Source: Eledone cirrhosa (Eukaryota). Taken from it: 64,000 nucleotides of DNA. The translations under genes and the position numbers were made by a program. Location: positions 17,298,001 through 17,362,000 of the forward strand of contig OZ024741.1 of assembly GCA_964016885.1 (NCBI GenBank). Reading direction: 5' to 3'. This document shows positions 12,503-23,510 of this stretch, piece by piece. The notes below the pieces were generated by a model. That model was not told the DNA's origin. It ran no database searches and worked only from the letters and a program-made list of their open reading frames with translations. How positions within the stretch are numbered: the stretch's first letter is position 1; every line of letters starts with the position of its first letter.

Positions 12503-15500
12503 CTACAGAACAATGTAGAGAGAAGGCCCATTTACACGGGCCATTCTCGCTTCTTTCACCCACCTTTCATAAAACTGTCTGGGACCAAGCACTTCTCTCT
12601 CCATCCTGATTCTTCTTCCGAAGTGGTATCGGAAGAAGTAAACCAGGTGATGGCCGGAGAGAAAGTCACCCGACCTCAGACCTTTCAGGCGCGTCCACCA
12701 CACAACCTCTTTCATCATGGCTATTACGCACAGAAAGACCGCCTCTGCTTCATTTCTGAAGGGAGGAGGCGGCTTGATGTTCACCACAGACTCGGCGGTT
12801 AATCGAATCGGCGCCACACGCGACAGCAGTCGTTCGACGTAGCCCCACAGATCGGCAACGCCCGGGTAGTGCACCAGTGCATGCGCAACGGTTTCCTCGT
12901 CGCGCACGCATCTGGGACAGATCTTTTTCGCGGGATCCCTGCCCGGGCGCCCGTGTCTGTAGAGCTTTTCTCGAACGGGCAGAGCCCCCCGGTAACACTG
13001 CCAGGCTAGGGACCTCTGGAAGTTGTCCATGGGTCCCGGGCCGAAAGTTCTACCGAACAGGCTGGCCAGTTCGTCCTCCTCCATGCCTAGCGACTCTCCA
13101 AGGGTGTCGTCGCCCCTGCTAGCCACCAACCCTCTATAGAATGTCGAGGTGGATTCTCCACTGACAGTCGGGTCCGCTTGCCAGATAGCCGTGAGCGCCT
13201 GGGCACACTCAGTGTGCCAGTTGCCCAGTTTTCTCGGTCTTTGCTTCACCCAGGATTGCAGTTCGGTGAGCGAGACGAGCTGTGGGAAGGCTCGCCTCAC
13301 AAACGGGGCCCACACCGGCTGACCGTTGAGGAATACCTGTAGATGCCGTAGCCTCAATGCGTGCCTACGCATCAACAGCCACGGCATACCCAGCCCTCCT
13401 TTCGAAGGGTGCTGGCAGCAGATGGATCTCCTCACCATGGGAGGCCGCTTCTTCCAGAGGAACTGGAAGAGCATGCGTTCCATGATGGTGAGCTTTTCCT
13501 TGGGGCAAGGCACGACGGTCAGGCGGTAGTAGATGACGGACGCTATGTAAGCGTTCGTCACCTCCGCCCGACCTTTCAGTGATAGTTTGCACTTGGCCCA
13601 CTTCTGGGTCAGCGCAAACACCCTGCTCGTCACCTCGCCCCAATTCTTCTCCACCTGGAGGTCCGGTCCGAACCAGACCCCGAGCAGCTTCACCGGGCCC
13701 TCCGTCCACCGCCCGACGACACCGTCTAACGGCATCGGTTTGCCCCTCCACGTTCCGAGTTGCAAACCGACTGACTTGTCCTGGTTCAGCTTAGCCCCCG
13801 TCAGCCTTTCGTATTCCTCCAGTAGGGTGGCGATCGCCCCGATTTCCGAGGCGTCCGCCACCATTACTGTTACGTCGTCGGCATAGGCCGAGACCGCTTT
13901 GTGCAATCCCGGTTCCAGGGGTATGCCCCGCAGCAACTCCAACTTCCGCAGCAGTGGCTCGAGAGTCAATACGTACAGAAGGGAGGAGAGGGGGCACCCC
14001 TGTCTGATGGATCGGGTGATTTGAAACGGCTCCGAGAGGTAGCCGTTTACTTTAATCCTAGAGTAGATGTTGCCACTGTGCATGGCAGAAATCCAGCCCC
14101 TGAAAACGGGTCCGAAGCCCGCCGCCGCTAGCACCGCATCCAGGTAACCATGGTCGACCCTATCGAACGCCTTAGATTGATCCAAGTTGATCAAGGCCCC
14201 ACCAAAGCCGGGTTCGTAGCCAACCCTCTCTATGATGTATCGCATGAGGTGGAGGTTGTCGTGAATGGACCTGGACGGGATAGCGCATGTCTGCGCGTCT
14301 CCCACCAAACCACCCACCACAAGCGCCAACCTCTTCGCCAACACCTTGGCCAAAATCTGTAACTCTGCATTCAGCAGAGTTATGGGCCTAAAGTTACTTA
14401 AGTCGTCCCCCTTGCTCTCGTCCTTCCTCACTAGCGTGACCACGCCCTTGGTCACAGAACAGGGAATTCTCCCGTTCTGTTGCCAGTTGCAATAGACAGC
14501 CTCGAGGAGTTCGGAGAACAAGACCGGCATAGCTAAATAAAGTTCGTATGGTAGACCATCGAGACCCGGGGATTTGCGTCTGCTGCATTGGCTGAGCGCT
14601 TCCCCGATTTCAGTGGCTGTGATTGGCCCTTCGCAGCACTCCGCTTCGCCGCTCGAAAGACGCGGTAGACCGTCGAGGTATGGACCGAAGTCCACATCCC
14701 CGTCCGGCCCCCCGCCACCTCCGAACAGTCGAGCAAAGTGCCTTTGAAAGGTCTCGCACATTCGCTCAGGTTCAAGGATCACCCGTCCATCCTGGTCTCG
14801 CAAAGACCGAATGGTGGATTTAATCCCACTCTTGGCTTCTGTCACGCGGGCCCAGCTAACAGCTTTGGTCCCCTCGTTTCCTAAAGCACGTATTTTACTT
14901 CGGACAACGCAGCCTTCGTGCTTCGCGTCAAAGAACTGGCTCAATGCCGTTCTCGTCGCTAACACTCTGGCTACGTCTCCGCTCCTAATCGCCTCTTCTA
15001 GTTTATCTGTTAACTCCCTTTCCCTCCTATTTCTATTCGCCGCTAGTTCCTTACTGTAACCTATCGAACTTACTCTAATCTCTCTCTTTAGAGATATCCA
15101 CCACCTACTGTTGACGATCGCTCCCGTCAACCGCATCTTAACTAAGCTACTAATCCGGTTTCTGTAATCTTTCTTTGTTGGTAAGGACAAGTTCATCTTC
15201 CAGTAACCGGGACCCTGTCTATGCGTTCTATCAAGGTTGACCACGCAGGTCACTAATTTGTGATCTGAATAGCCAACCATGATCAGTTCTGGACAACTAA
15301 ATACGTCCCTATCCTTACTCCTAACCAAAAACCTATCTAGGTACGATCTAGATTGTCCACTGCGGTTTGCCCAGGTCCAGGTTGGCGCAGTTGGACAATC
15401 TAGTCGAAATCTATCGACCAGGTCGAATCGATCGAGTAACCCCTTGAGGCTGCTACACCCCCCTCTATCGGGACATGCCCCTGCATAGTCCCAACGCGCA

Positions 15501-15932
15501 TCTAGGATTCCATTCCAGTCCCCCACTAAAAGCAGGGAACGCGACGTTCCTAGAAAAGTCTCCAGACGTTGGAAGAAGTCGGCTCTCTCCGCCCCGAAGG
15601 GAGCATAAAGACCGACCAGTCTGAAAGCCCCGCCTTCACCACCTCCGACGTCCAGCACCAGTAATCGACCCCCCGGGTCCGAGTGAACAATCTGTACGTC
15701 GAGAGTCAGACGTTTATCCAGCAGTACGGCAACTCCCCCCCCCGCCTCCGGGTTGACAGAGAGATGCGTGCATCTCAAAGTCATCGAAGGCGGGCGCCAG
15801 CTGTCTCACGCTGCTGATCCGACTCTCGCAAACAACCATCACATCTATACTTTGTGACCTGAGGTCACTTAGAAGCTTTGCTTGCTTCCAAGCTGAGCTC
15901 AGGCCACGCGCGTTCAAACAGCCAACTCTCAA
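12503..15932 (-). pseudogene. Tx1 ORF2 (APE-RT-CCHC), copy 1, frameshifted
   Basis: C9 run at 15735-15743 versus C8 in copy 2 splits the ORF into 15714..15932 and 12503..15784; last CCHC Cys changed to Tyr (HALVHYPG). Confidence 0.85.
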
Positions 15933-15937
15933 TTGAT

Positions 15938-17773
15938 CTATTTTGGTGTTGAAAGTGAAGAAAGAAAAGCACTTACCTCTCCGGGTTGCGTAATTTCCAT
16001 GGCATCAGGTGTGTTGGGTGGAGGGATGTTTTGTGGTGGTGTGGGGGTACACGTGTGTGGTGGGGTTGGGGTATTTGGAGTTGTGTCAGGGAGAGGGGCG
16101 GTTATGGGGAAATCTTTCAAGAGGACGCGATTCAACGGTTTTAAACAGGGGGGGCTCACGTCCCGTCTAAATTGTTCTTTTAAGGAACGATAAAGGTCCA
16201 GAGGGACCTTTATCATTTTTAAATGGGTGAAGTTCTCTGTTGAGATAAAGTTTGGCCCTTCGGTCTGCACCATAGGGTTATTGTTTATTAATTTAACCAG
16301 TTTTTTGTTTTCTTTATTTATATATGTGTATTGCAACGTCTTTTTTTGTGATGCTGTCAATGTTTCGGAGAGGGGAGGCGCAGATTTATTTTTGTTTGTT
16401 GAGGGTGGGGTGTTTTTGATTGGAGTTGGTGTTTGTGTGTGGGTTATTTGTGGTGTGCTGGGTGTGTGTTTTCTTTTTTTTCTTTTAACTTGTCTGAAGG
16501 CTTCTCCTCCTTCTTCTTCAGAAGTTGGGGGAAACTCTTCAGCGCTAGGTGGGAGGGACGTGTTGTGTGGTTGTTTTTTTTTTGCGGGAGGGGTAGATTT
16601 GTTACTGTTTTTTTTATTATTTGTTTGGAATGGGTTTTGTGGTGGTGGTGGTGGTAATGTTTGTGTCGTGCTTGTGGTTGGTAATGGTGGTGGTGATGTT
16701 TGTGTTGTGGTTGGTGGTGGTGATTTTTGTGTCGTGCTTGTGTTTGGTGCTGGTGGTGGTGATGTTTGTGTTGTGTTTGTGGTTGGTGGTGTCTGTATTT
16801 TGTTTGCTGTGTGTGGTATTAGTGTATTTTTGGAGGTGGGTGGTGCTGGTGTACTGTTTGTGGTGGGTGTGGGCAATAGTCCTTTTTGGGGGATACGTTT
16901 CGGGCAGTTAGCCTTAACGTGTCCCCTTTCCATGCATAAATAGCATGCTGGTCTTCTCCCCTCTACAATTATGTCTATTGGGGTAAGGTCATCCAGCCAG
17001 ATGCGATCCGGGATTTGTGCTATTCTTTCGGGCCTCATTTGGACTAGTATGTCGAGGCCCATTCCCAGGAACGCATCTCCAGTTGCCTTCCCCATTGACA
17101 GCATAGTGTCTTCGCCCATATCAATGAAGCCAGCAATAGCCCACCAGAAGTCCATTGTGGGCAGCATTGTTTTTACTTTTACCCTCTGTGTTCTTCTACC
17201 CATGTAGGAGGGATAGAAGCTATATGTTGTCGACGAGAGTGGGCTTAGGGAAAGCTGAACCGCCGTTTCTTTGTCTCTTGTTAGGACCGAAATGCTGCCA
17301 TAGAGTCGGTCCTTTCGTATGAAGAGAATATTCTTCATATAGTCTTTTAGGACTAACTCTATTTCCATTTGGCTGGGCTGTGCTGGCTTTCTTGACTGGT
17401 TTAGTATAGTTCTGTATATAACTGTGTTTTCTGCTCTGGCTTTCTTGAATTCTGGGGGGGAGTTAATGGAAAACATTCCGTTCTCCCCCAAAACAATATG
17501 TTTCTTTGCCTCGGCCAGTTTTTCTCTGGCGGCAGTTAGGTCAATTGGTGTGTATGTAATGGATTGCTTTGTTTTCTGGGCGAAAGTTGCCCTGTCGTTA
17601 TTTGTATTATTTTCTGTTTGTTTGTTTTCTGTTTGCTCATTTTCCTTAACATTTGTTTTTTCATTTTGTTTGTTTGTTTCAATGTCTAATTTTGTTGTAA
17701 TTATTTTTTGTTCTTCAGACTTGGGGGGCGTGGCAGAGCTAATGGCAGACATGTCTGCCATCTTTTCCGCCAT
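15938..17773 (-). CDS. Tx1 ORF1 gag-like nucleic-acid-binding protein, copy 1
   Basis: first ATG (MAEKMADM); zinc knuckle CYLCMERGHVKANC (CX2CX4HX4C); Pro/Thr-rich tract; basic KRKKRK. Confidence 0.85.
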   Translation of the reverse strand: MAEKMADMSAISSATPPKSEEQKIITTKLDIETNKQNEKTNVKENEQTENKQTENNTNNDRATFAQKTKQSITYTPIDLTAAREKLAEAKKHIVLGENGMFSINSPPEFKKARAENTVIYRTILNQSRKPAQPSQMEIELVLKDYMKNILFIRKDRLYGSISVLTRDKETAVQLSLSPLSSTTYSFYPSYMGRRTQRVKVKTMLPTMDFWWAIAGFIDMGEDTMLSMGKATGDAFLGMGLDILVQMRPERIAQIPDRIWLDDLTPIDIIVEGRRPACYLCMERGHVKANCPKRIPQKGLLPTPTTNSTPAPPTSKNTLIPHTANKIQTPPTTNTTQTSPPPAPNTSTTQKSPPPTTTQTSPPPLPTTSTTQTLPPPPPQNPFQTNNKKNSNKSTPPAKKKQPHNTSLPPSAEEFPPTSEEEGGEAFRQVKRKKRKHTPSTPQITHTQTPTPIKNTPPSTNKNKSAPPLSETLTASQKKTLQYTYINKENKKLVKLINNNPMVQTEGPNFISTENFTHLKMIKVPLDLYRSLKEQFRRDVSPPCLKPLNRVLLKDFPITAPLPDTTPNTPTPPHTCTPTPPQNIPPPNTPDAMEITQPGEVSAFLSSLSTPK

Positions 17774-18240
17774 GCTGCCAAGAAAGAAATTTTTCGGCAA
17801 AAATAGATATTTATTTTACCCCCTAAAAAGGGGGTAAATGCAAAAATGTTTCCCTAAATAACAGGGGTTAGTGTTCCAAATGTGTTGCACTAAAAAATTT
17901 ATCCGGTACTTACAATAGTAAGGGTAAATCCCGATGGAATAGCGGAGCCGATGCGAAGCGTGTCTTACTCTATCAAGATAGATAGATAGATAGAGAGATA
18001 CATAGATAAATTTCTATTTATTTGCCACGAGGGCACAAAAGAAGGGGACATTTACACAGTGGGGGAGTTTACATAAATCGAGTAAAGAAAAAAGGAATAA
18101 CAATAATAATATAACAATAAAAAGTCCTCAAAAGGGAGGGGGCGTGTTGGGGATTGCACATACCCCCGAAAAGTGTGCAACTCTTTTCGCGGGGGAAGCC
18201 CAGAGAGGAGGCGCTCCCCCTTTCCTCTTCACTTCTTCAC

Positions 18241-21200
18241 CTACAGAACAATGTAGAGAGAAGGCCCATTTACACGGGCCATTCTCGCTTCTTTCACCCA
18301 CCTTTCATAAAACTGTCTGGGACCAAGCACTTCTCTCTCCATCCTGATTCTTCTTCCGAAGTGGTATCGGAAGAAGTAAACCAGGTGATGGCCGGAGAGA
18401 AAGTCACCCGACCTCAGACCTTTCAGGCGCGTCCACCACACAACCTCTTTCATCATGGCTATTACGCACAGAAAGACCGCCTCTGCTTCATTTCTGAAGG
18501 GAGGAGGCGGCTTGATGTTCACCACAGACTCGGCGGTTAATCGAATCGGCGCCACACGCGACAGCAGTCGTTCGACGTAGCCCCACAGATCGGCAACGCC
18601 CGGGCAGTGTACCAGTGCATGCGCAACGGTTTCCTCGTCGCGCACGCATCTGGGACAGATCTTTTTCGCGGGATCCCTGCCCGGGCGCCCGTGTCTGTAG
18701 AGCTTTTCTCGAACGGGCAGAGCCCCCCGGTAACACTGCCAGGCTAGGGACCTCTGGAAGTTGTCCATGGGTCCCGGGCCGAAAGTTCTACCGAACAGGC
18801 TGGCCAGTTCGTCCTCCTCCATGCCTAGCGACTCTCCAAGGGTGTCGTCGCCCCTGCTAGCCACCAACCCTCTATAGAATGTCGAGGTGGATTCTCCACT
18901 GACAGTCGGGTCCGCTTGCCAGATAGCCGTGAGCGCCTGGGCACACTCAGTGTGCCAGTTGCCCAGTTTTCTCGGTCTTTGCTTCACCCAGGATTGCAGT
19001 TCGGTGAGCGAGACGAGCTGTGGGAAGGCTCGCCTCACAAACGGGGCCCACACCGGCTGACCGTTGAGGAATACCTGTAGATGCCGTAGCCTCAATGCGT
19101 GCCTACGCATCAACAGCCACGGCATACCCAGCCCTCCTTTCGAAGGGTGCTGGCAGCAGATGGATCTCCTCACCATGGGAGGCCGCTTCTTCCAGAGGAA
19201 CTGGAAGAGCATGCGCTCCATGATGGTGAGCTTTTCCTTGGGGCAAGGCACGACGGTCAGGCGGTAGTAGATGACGGACGCTATGTAAGCGTTCGTCACC
19301 TCCGCCCGACCTTTCAGTGATAGTTTGCACTTGGCCCACTTCTGGGTCAGCGCAAACACCCTGCTCGTCACCTCGCCCCAATTCTTCTCCACCTGGAGGT
19401 CCGGTCCGAACCAGACCCCGAGCAGCTTCACCGGGCCCTCCGTCCACCGCCCGACGACACCGTCTAACGGCATCGGTTTGCCCCTCCACGTTCCGAGTTG
19501 CAAACCGACTGACTTGTCCTGGTTCAGCTTAGCCCCCGTCAGCCTTTCGTATTCCTCCAGTAGGGTGGCGATCGCCCCGATTTCCGAGGCGTCCGCCACC
19601 ATTACTGTTACGTCGTCGGCATAGGCCGAGACCGCTTTGTGCAATCCCGGTTCCAGGGGTATGCCCCGCAGCAACTCCAACTTCCGCAGCAGTGGCTCGA
19701 GAGTCAATACGTACAGAAGGGAGGAGAGGGGGCACCCCTGTCTGATGGATCGGGTGATTTGAAACGGCTCCGAGAGGTAGCCGTTTACTTTAATCCTAGA
19801 GTAGATGTTGCCACTGTGCATGGCAGAAATCCAGCCCCTGAAAACGGGTCCGAAGCCCGCCGCCGCTAGCACCGCATCCAGGTAACCATGGTCGACCCTA
19901 TCGAACGCCTTAGATTGATCCAAGTTGATCAGGGCCCCACCAAAGCCGGGTTCGTAGCCAACCCTCTCTATGATGTATCGCATGAGGTGGAGGTTGTCGT
20001 GAATGGACCTGGACGGGATAGCGCATGTCTGCGCGTCTCCCACCAAACCACCCACCACAAGCGCCAACCTCTTCGCCAACACCTTGGCCAAAATCTGTAA
20101 CTCTGCATTCAGCAGAGTTATGGGCCTAAAGTTACTTAAGTCGTCCCCCTTGCTCTCGTCCTTCCTCACTAGCGTGACCACGCCCTTGGTCACAGAACAT
20201 GGAATTCTCCCGTTCTGTTGCCAGTTGCAATAGACAGCCTCGAGGAGTTCGGAGAACAAGACCGGCATAGCTAAATAAAGTTCGTATGGTAGACCATCGA
20301 GACCCGGGGATTTGCGTCTGCTGCATTGGCTGAGCGCTTCCCCGATTTCAGTGGCTGTGATTGGCCCTTCGCAGCACTCCGCTTCGCCGCTCGAAAGACG
20401 CGGTAGACCGTCGAGGTATGGACCGAAGTCCACATCCCCGTCCGGCCCCCCGCCACCTCCGAACAGTCGAGCAAAGTGCCTTTGAAAGGTCTCGCACATT
20501 CGCTCAGGTTCAAGGATCACCCGTCCATCCTGGTCTCGCAAAGACCGAATGGTGGATTTAATCCCACTCTTGGCTTCTGTCACGCGGGCCCAGCTAACAG
20601 CTTTGGTCCCCTCGTTTCCTAAAGCACGTATTTTACTTCGGACAACGCAGCCTTCGTGCTTCGCGTCAAAGAACTGGCTCAATGCCGTTCTCGTCGCTAA
20701 CACTCTGGCTACGTCTCCGCTCCTAATCGCCTCTTCTAGTTTATCTGTTAACTCCCTTTCCCTCCTATTTCTATTCGCCGCTAGTTCCTTACTGTAACCT
20801 ATCGAACTTACTCTAATCTCTCTCTTTAGAGATATCCACCACCTACTGTTGACGATCGCTCCCGTCAACCGCATCTTAACTAAGCTACTAATCCGGTTTC
20901 TGTAATCTTTCTTTGTCGGTAAGGACAAGTTCATCTTCCAGTAACCGGGACCCTGTCTATGCGTTCTATCAAGGTTGACCACGCAGGTCACTAATTTGTG
21001 ATCTGAATAGCCAACCATGATCAGTTCTGGACAACTAAATACGTCCCTATCCTTACTCCTAACCAAAAACCTATCTAGGTACGATCTAGATTGTCCACTG
21101 CGGTTTGCCCAGGTCCAGGTTGGCGCAGTTGGACAATCTAGTCGAAATCTATCGACCAGGTCGAATCGATCGAGTAACCCCTTGAGGCTGCTACACCCCC

Positions 21201-21669
21201 CTCTATCGGGACATGCCCCTGCATAGTCCCAACGCGCATCTAGGATTCCATTCCAGTCCCCCACTAAAAGCAGGGAACGCGACGTTCCTAGAAAAGTCTC
21301 CAGACGTTGGAAGAAGTCGGCTCTCTCCGCCCCGAAGGGAGCATAAAGACCGACCAGTCTGAAAGCCCCGCCTTCACCACCTCCGACGTCCAGCACCAGT
21401 AATCGACCCCCCGGGTCCGAGTGAACAATCTGTACGTCGAGAGTCAGACGTTTATCCAGCAGTACGGCAACTCCCCCCCCGCCTCCGGGTTGACAGAGAG
21501 ATGCGTGCATCTCAAAGTCATCGAAGGCGGGCGCCAGCTGTCTCACGCTGCTGATCCGACTCTCGCAAACAACCATCACATCTATACTTTGTGACCTGAG
21601 GTCACTTAGAAGCTTTGCTTGCTTCCAAGCTGAGCTCAGGCCACGCGCGTTCAAACAGCCAACTCTCAA
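18241..21669 (-). CDS. Tx1 ORF2: APE endonuclease, reverse transcriptase, CCHC (1142 aa counted from a TTG)
   Basis: LNARGL, CESR, VGDWN, YLDRFL, SDHK; QGCPLS, AYADD; CPRC..ETVAHALVHC; uninterrupted. Confidence 0.93.
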   Translation of the reverse strand: MRVGCLNARGLSSAWKQAKLLSDLRSQSIDVMVVCESRISSVRQLAPAFDDFEMHASLCQPGGGGGVAVLLDKRLTLDVQIVHSDPGGRLLVLDVGGGEGGAFRLVGLYAPFGAERADFFQRLETFLGTSRSLLLVGDWNGILDARWDYAGACPDRGGCSSLKGLLDRFDLVDRFRLDCPTAPTWTWANRSGQSRSYLDRFLVRSKDRDVFSCPELIMVGYSDHKLVTCVVNLDRTHRQGPGYWKMNLSLPTKKDYRNRISSLVKMRLTGAIVNSRWWISLKREIRVSSIGYSKELAANRNRRERELTDKLEEAIRSGDVARVLATRTALSQFFDAKHEGCVVRSKIRALGNEGTKAVSWARVTEAKSGIKSTIRSLRDQDGRVILEPERMCETFQRHFARLFGGGGGPDGDVDFGPYLDGLPRLSSGEAECCEGPITATEIGEALSQCSRRKSPGLDGLPYELYLAMPVLFSELLEAVYCNWQQNGRIPCSVTKGVVTLVRKDESKGDDLSNFRPITLLNAELQILAKVLAKRLALVVGGLVGDAQTCAIPSRSIHDNLHLMRYIIERVGYEPGFGGALINLDQSKAFDRVDHGYLDAVLAAAGFGPVFRGWISAMHSGNIYSRIKVNGYLSEPFQITRSIRQGCPLSSLLYVLTLEPLLRKLELLRGIPLEPGLHKAVSAYADDVTVMVADASEIGAIATLLEEYERLTGAKLNQDKSVGLQLGTWRGKPMPLDGVVGRWTEGPVKLLGVWFGPDLQVEKNWGEVTSRVFALTQKWAKCKLSLKGRAEVTNAYIASVIYYRLTVVPCPKEKLTIMERMLFQFLWKKRPPMVRRSICCQHPSKGGLGMPWLLMRRHALRLRHLQVFLNGQPVWAPFVRRAFPQLVSLTELQSWVKQRPRKLGNWHTECAQALTAIWQADPTVSGESTSTFYRGLVASRGDDTLGESLGMEEDELASLFGRTFGPGPMDNFQRSLAWQCYRGALPVREKLYRHGRPGRDPAKKICPRCVRDEETVAHALVHCPGVADLWGYVERLLSRVAPIRLTAESVVNIKPPPPFRNEAEAVFLCVIAMMKEVVWWTRLKGLRSGDFLSGHHLVYFFRYHFGRRIRMEREVLGPRQFYERWVKEARMARVNGPSLYIVL

Positions 21670-21674
21670 TTGAT

Positions 21675-23510
21675 CTATTTTGGTGTTGAAAGTGAAGAAA
21701 GAAAAGCACTTACCTCTCCGGGTTGCGTAATTTCCATGGCATCAGGTGTGTTGGGTGGAGGGATGTTTTGTGGTGGTGTGGGGGTACACGTGTGTGGTGG
21801 GGTTGGGGTATTTGGAGTTGTGTCAGGGAGAGGGGCGGTTATGGGGAAATCTTTCAAGAGGACGCGATTCAACGGTTTTAAACAGGGGGGGCTCACGTCC
21901 CGTCTAAATTGTTCTTTTAAGGAACGATAAAGGTCCAGAGGGACCTTTATCATTTTTAAATGGGTGAAGTTCTCTGTTGAGATAAAGTTTGGCCCTTCGG
22001 TCTGCACCATAGGGTTATTGTTTATTAATTTAACCAGTTTTTTGTTTTCTTTATTTATATATGTGTATTGCAACGTCTTTTTTTGTGATGCTGTCAATGT
22101 TTCGGAGAGGGGAGGCGCAGATTTATTTTTGTTTGTTGAGGGTGGGGTGTTTTTGATTGGAGTTGGTGTTTGTGTGTGGGTTATTTGTGGTGTGCTGGGT
22201 GTGTGTTTTCTTTTTTTTCTTTTAACTTGTCTGAAGGCTTCTCCTCCTTCTTCTTCAGAAGTTGGGGGAAACTCTTCAGCGCTAGGTGGGAGGGACGTGT
22301 TGTGTGGTTGTTTTTTTTTTGCGGGAGGGGTAGATTTGTTACTGTTTTTTTTATTATTTGTTTGGAATGGGTTTTGTGGTGGTGGTGGTGGTAATGTTTG
22401 TGTCGTGCTTGTGGTTGGTAATGGTGGTGGTGATGTTTGTGTTGTGGTTGGTGGTGGTGATTTTTGTGTCGTGCTTGTGTTTGGTGCTGGTGGTGGTGAT
22501 GTTTGTGTTGTGTTTGTGGTTGGTGGTGTCTGTATTTTGTTTGCTGTGTGTGGTATTAGTGTATTTTTGGAGGTGGGTGGTGCTGGTGTACTGTTTGTGG
22601 TGGGTGTGGGCAATAGTCCTTTTTGGGGGATACGTTTCGGGCAGTTAGCCTTAACGTGTCCCCTTTCCATGCATAAATAGCATGCTGGTCTTCTCCCCTC
22701 TACAATTATGTCTATTGGGGTAAGGTCATCCAGCCAGATGCGATCCGGGATTTGTGCTATTCTTTCGGGCCTCATTTGGACTAGTATGTCGAGGCCCATT
22801 CCCAGGAACGCATCTCCAGTTGCCTTCCCCATTGACAGCATAGTGTCTTCGCCCATATCAATGAAGCCAGCAATAGCCCACCAGAAGTCCATTGTGGGCA
22901 GCATTGTTTTTACTTTTACCCTCTGTGTTCTTCTACCCATGTAGGAGGGATAGAAGCTATATGTTGTCGACGAGAGTGGGCTTAGGGAAAGCTGAACCGC
23001 CGTTTCTTTGTCTCTTGTTAGGACCGAAATGCTGCCATAGAGTCGGTCCTTTCGTATGAAGAGAATATTCTTCATATAGTCTTTTAGGACTAACTCTATT
23101 TCCATTTGGCTGGGCTGTGCTGGCTTTCTTGACTGGTTTAGTATAGTTCTGTATATAACTGTGTTTTCTTCTCTGGCTTTCTTGAATTCTGGGGGGGAGT
23201 TAATGGAAAACATTCCGTTCTCCCCCAAAACAATATGTTTCTTTGCTTCGGCCAGTTTTTCTCTGGCGGCAGTTAGGTCAATTGGTGTGTATGTAATGGA
23301 TTGCTTTGTTTTCTGGGCGAAAGTTGCCCTGTCGTTATTTGTATTATTTTCTGTTTGTTTGTTTTCTGTTTGCTCATTTTCCTTAACATTTGTTTTTTCA
23401 TTTTGTTTGTTTGTTTCAATGTCTAATTTTGTTGTAATTATTTTTTGTTCTTCAGACTTGGGGGGCGTGGCAGAGCTAATGGCAGACATGTCTGCCATCT
23501 TTTCCGCCAT
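21675..23510 (-). CDS. Tx1 ORF1, copy 2
   Basis: as copy 1, one visible amino-acid change (KARA/KARE). Confidence 0.85.
   Translation of the reverse strand: MAEKMADMSAISSATPPKSEEQKIITTKLDIETNKQNEKTNVKENEQTENKQTENNTNNDRATFAQKTKQSITYTPIDLTAAREKLAEAKKHIVLGENGMFSINSPPEFKKAREENTVIYRTILNQSRKPAQPSQMEIELVLKDYMKNILFIRKDRLYGSISVLTRDKETAVQLSLSPLSSTTYSFYPSYMGRRTQRVKVKTMLPTMDFWWAIAGFIDMGEDTMLSMGKATGDAFLGMGLDILVQMRPERIAQIPDRIWLDDLTPIDIIVEGRRPACYLCMERGHVKANCPKRIPQKGLLPTPTTNSTPAPPTSKNTLIPHTANKIQTPPTTNTTQTSPPPAPNTSTTQKSPPPTTTQTSPPPLPTTSTTQTLPPPPPQNPFQTNNKKNSNKSTPPAKKKQPHNTSLPPSAEEFPPTSEEEGGEAFRQVKRKKRKHTPSTPQITHTQTPTPIKNTPPSTNKNKSAPPLSETLTASQKKTLQYTYINKENKKLVKLINNNPMVQTEGPNFISTENFTHLKMIKVPLDLYRSLKEQFRRDVSPPCLKPLNRVLLKDFPITAPLPDTTPNTPTPPHTCTPTPPQNIPPPNTPDAMEITQPGEVSAFLSSLSTPK

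Larger units (their letters stand above)
12271..17976 (-). mobile_element. full-length Tx1-clade LINE, copy 1
   Basis: 5'UTR, ORF1, ORF2, 3'UTR with AATAAA; flanked by gatagagagatacatagata at 12251-12270 and 17989-18008. Confidence 0.95.

Noticed and set aside
16227-16943. 238-aa antisense ORF (also 21964-22680) and other short ORFs inside the LINEs
   Set aside because: Shadow frames of the Pro/Thr-rich or GC-rich coding sequence, with no recognisable motifs.
17880-17976. HDV-like ribozyme at the Tx1 5' end
   Set aside because: Only imperfect pairing and no convincing nested pseudoknot; just ordinary hairpins.
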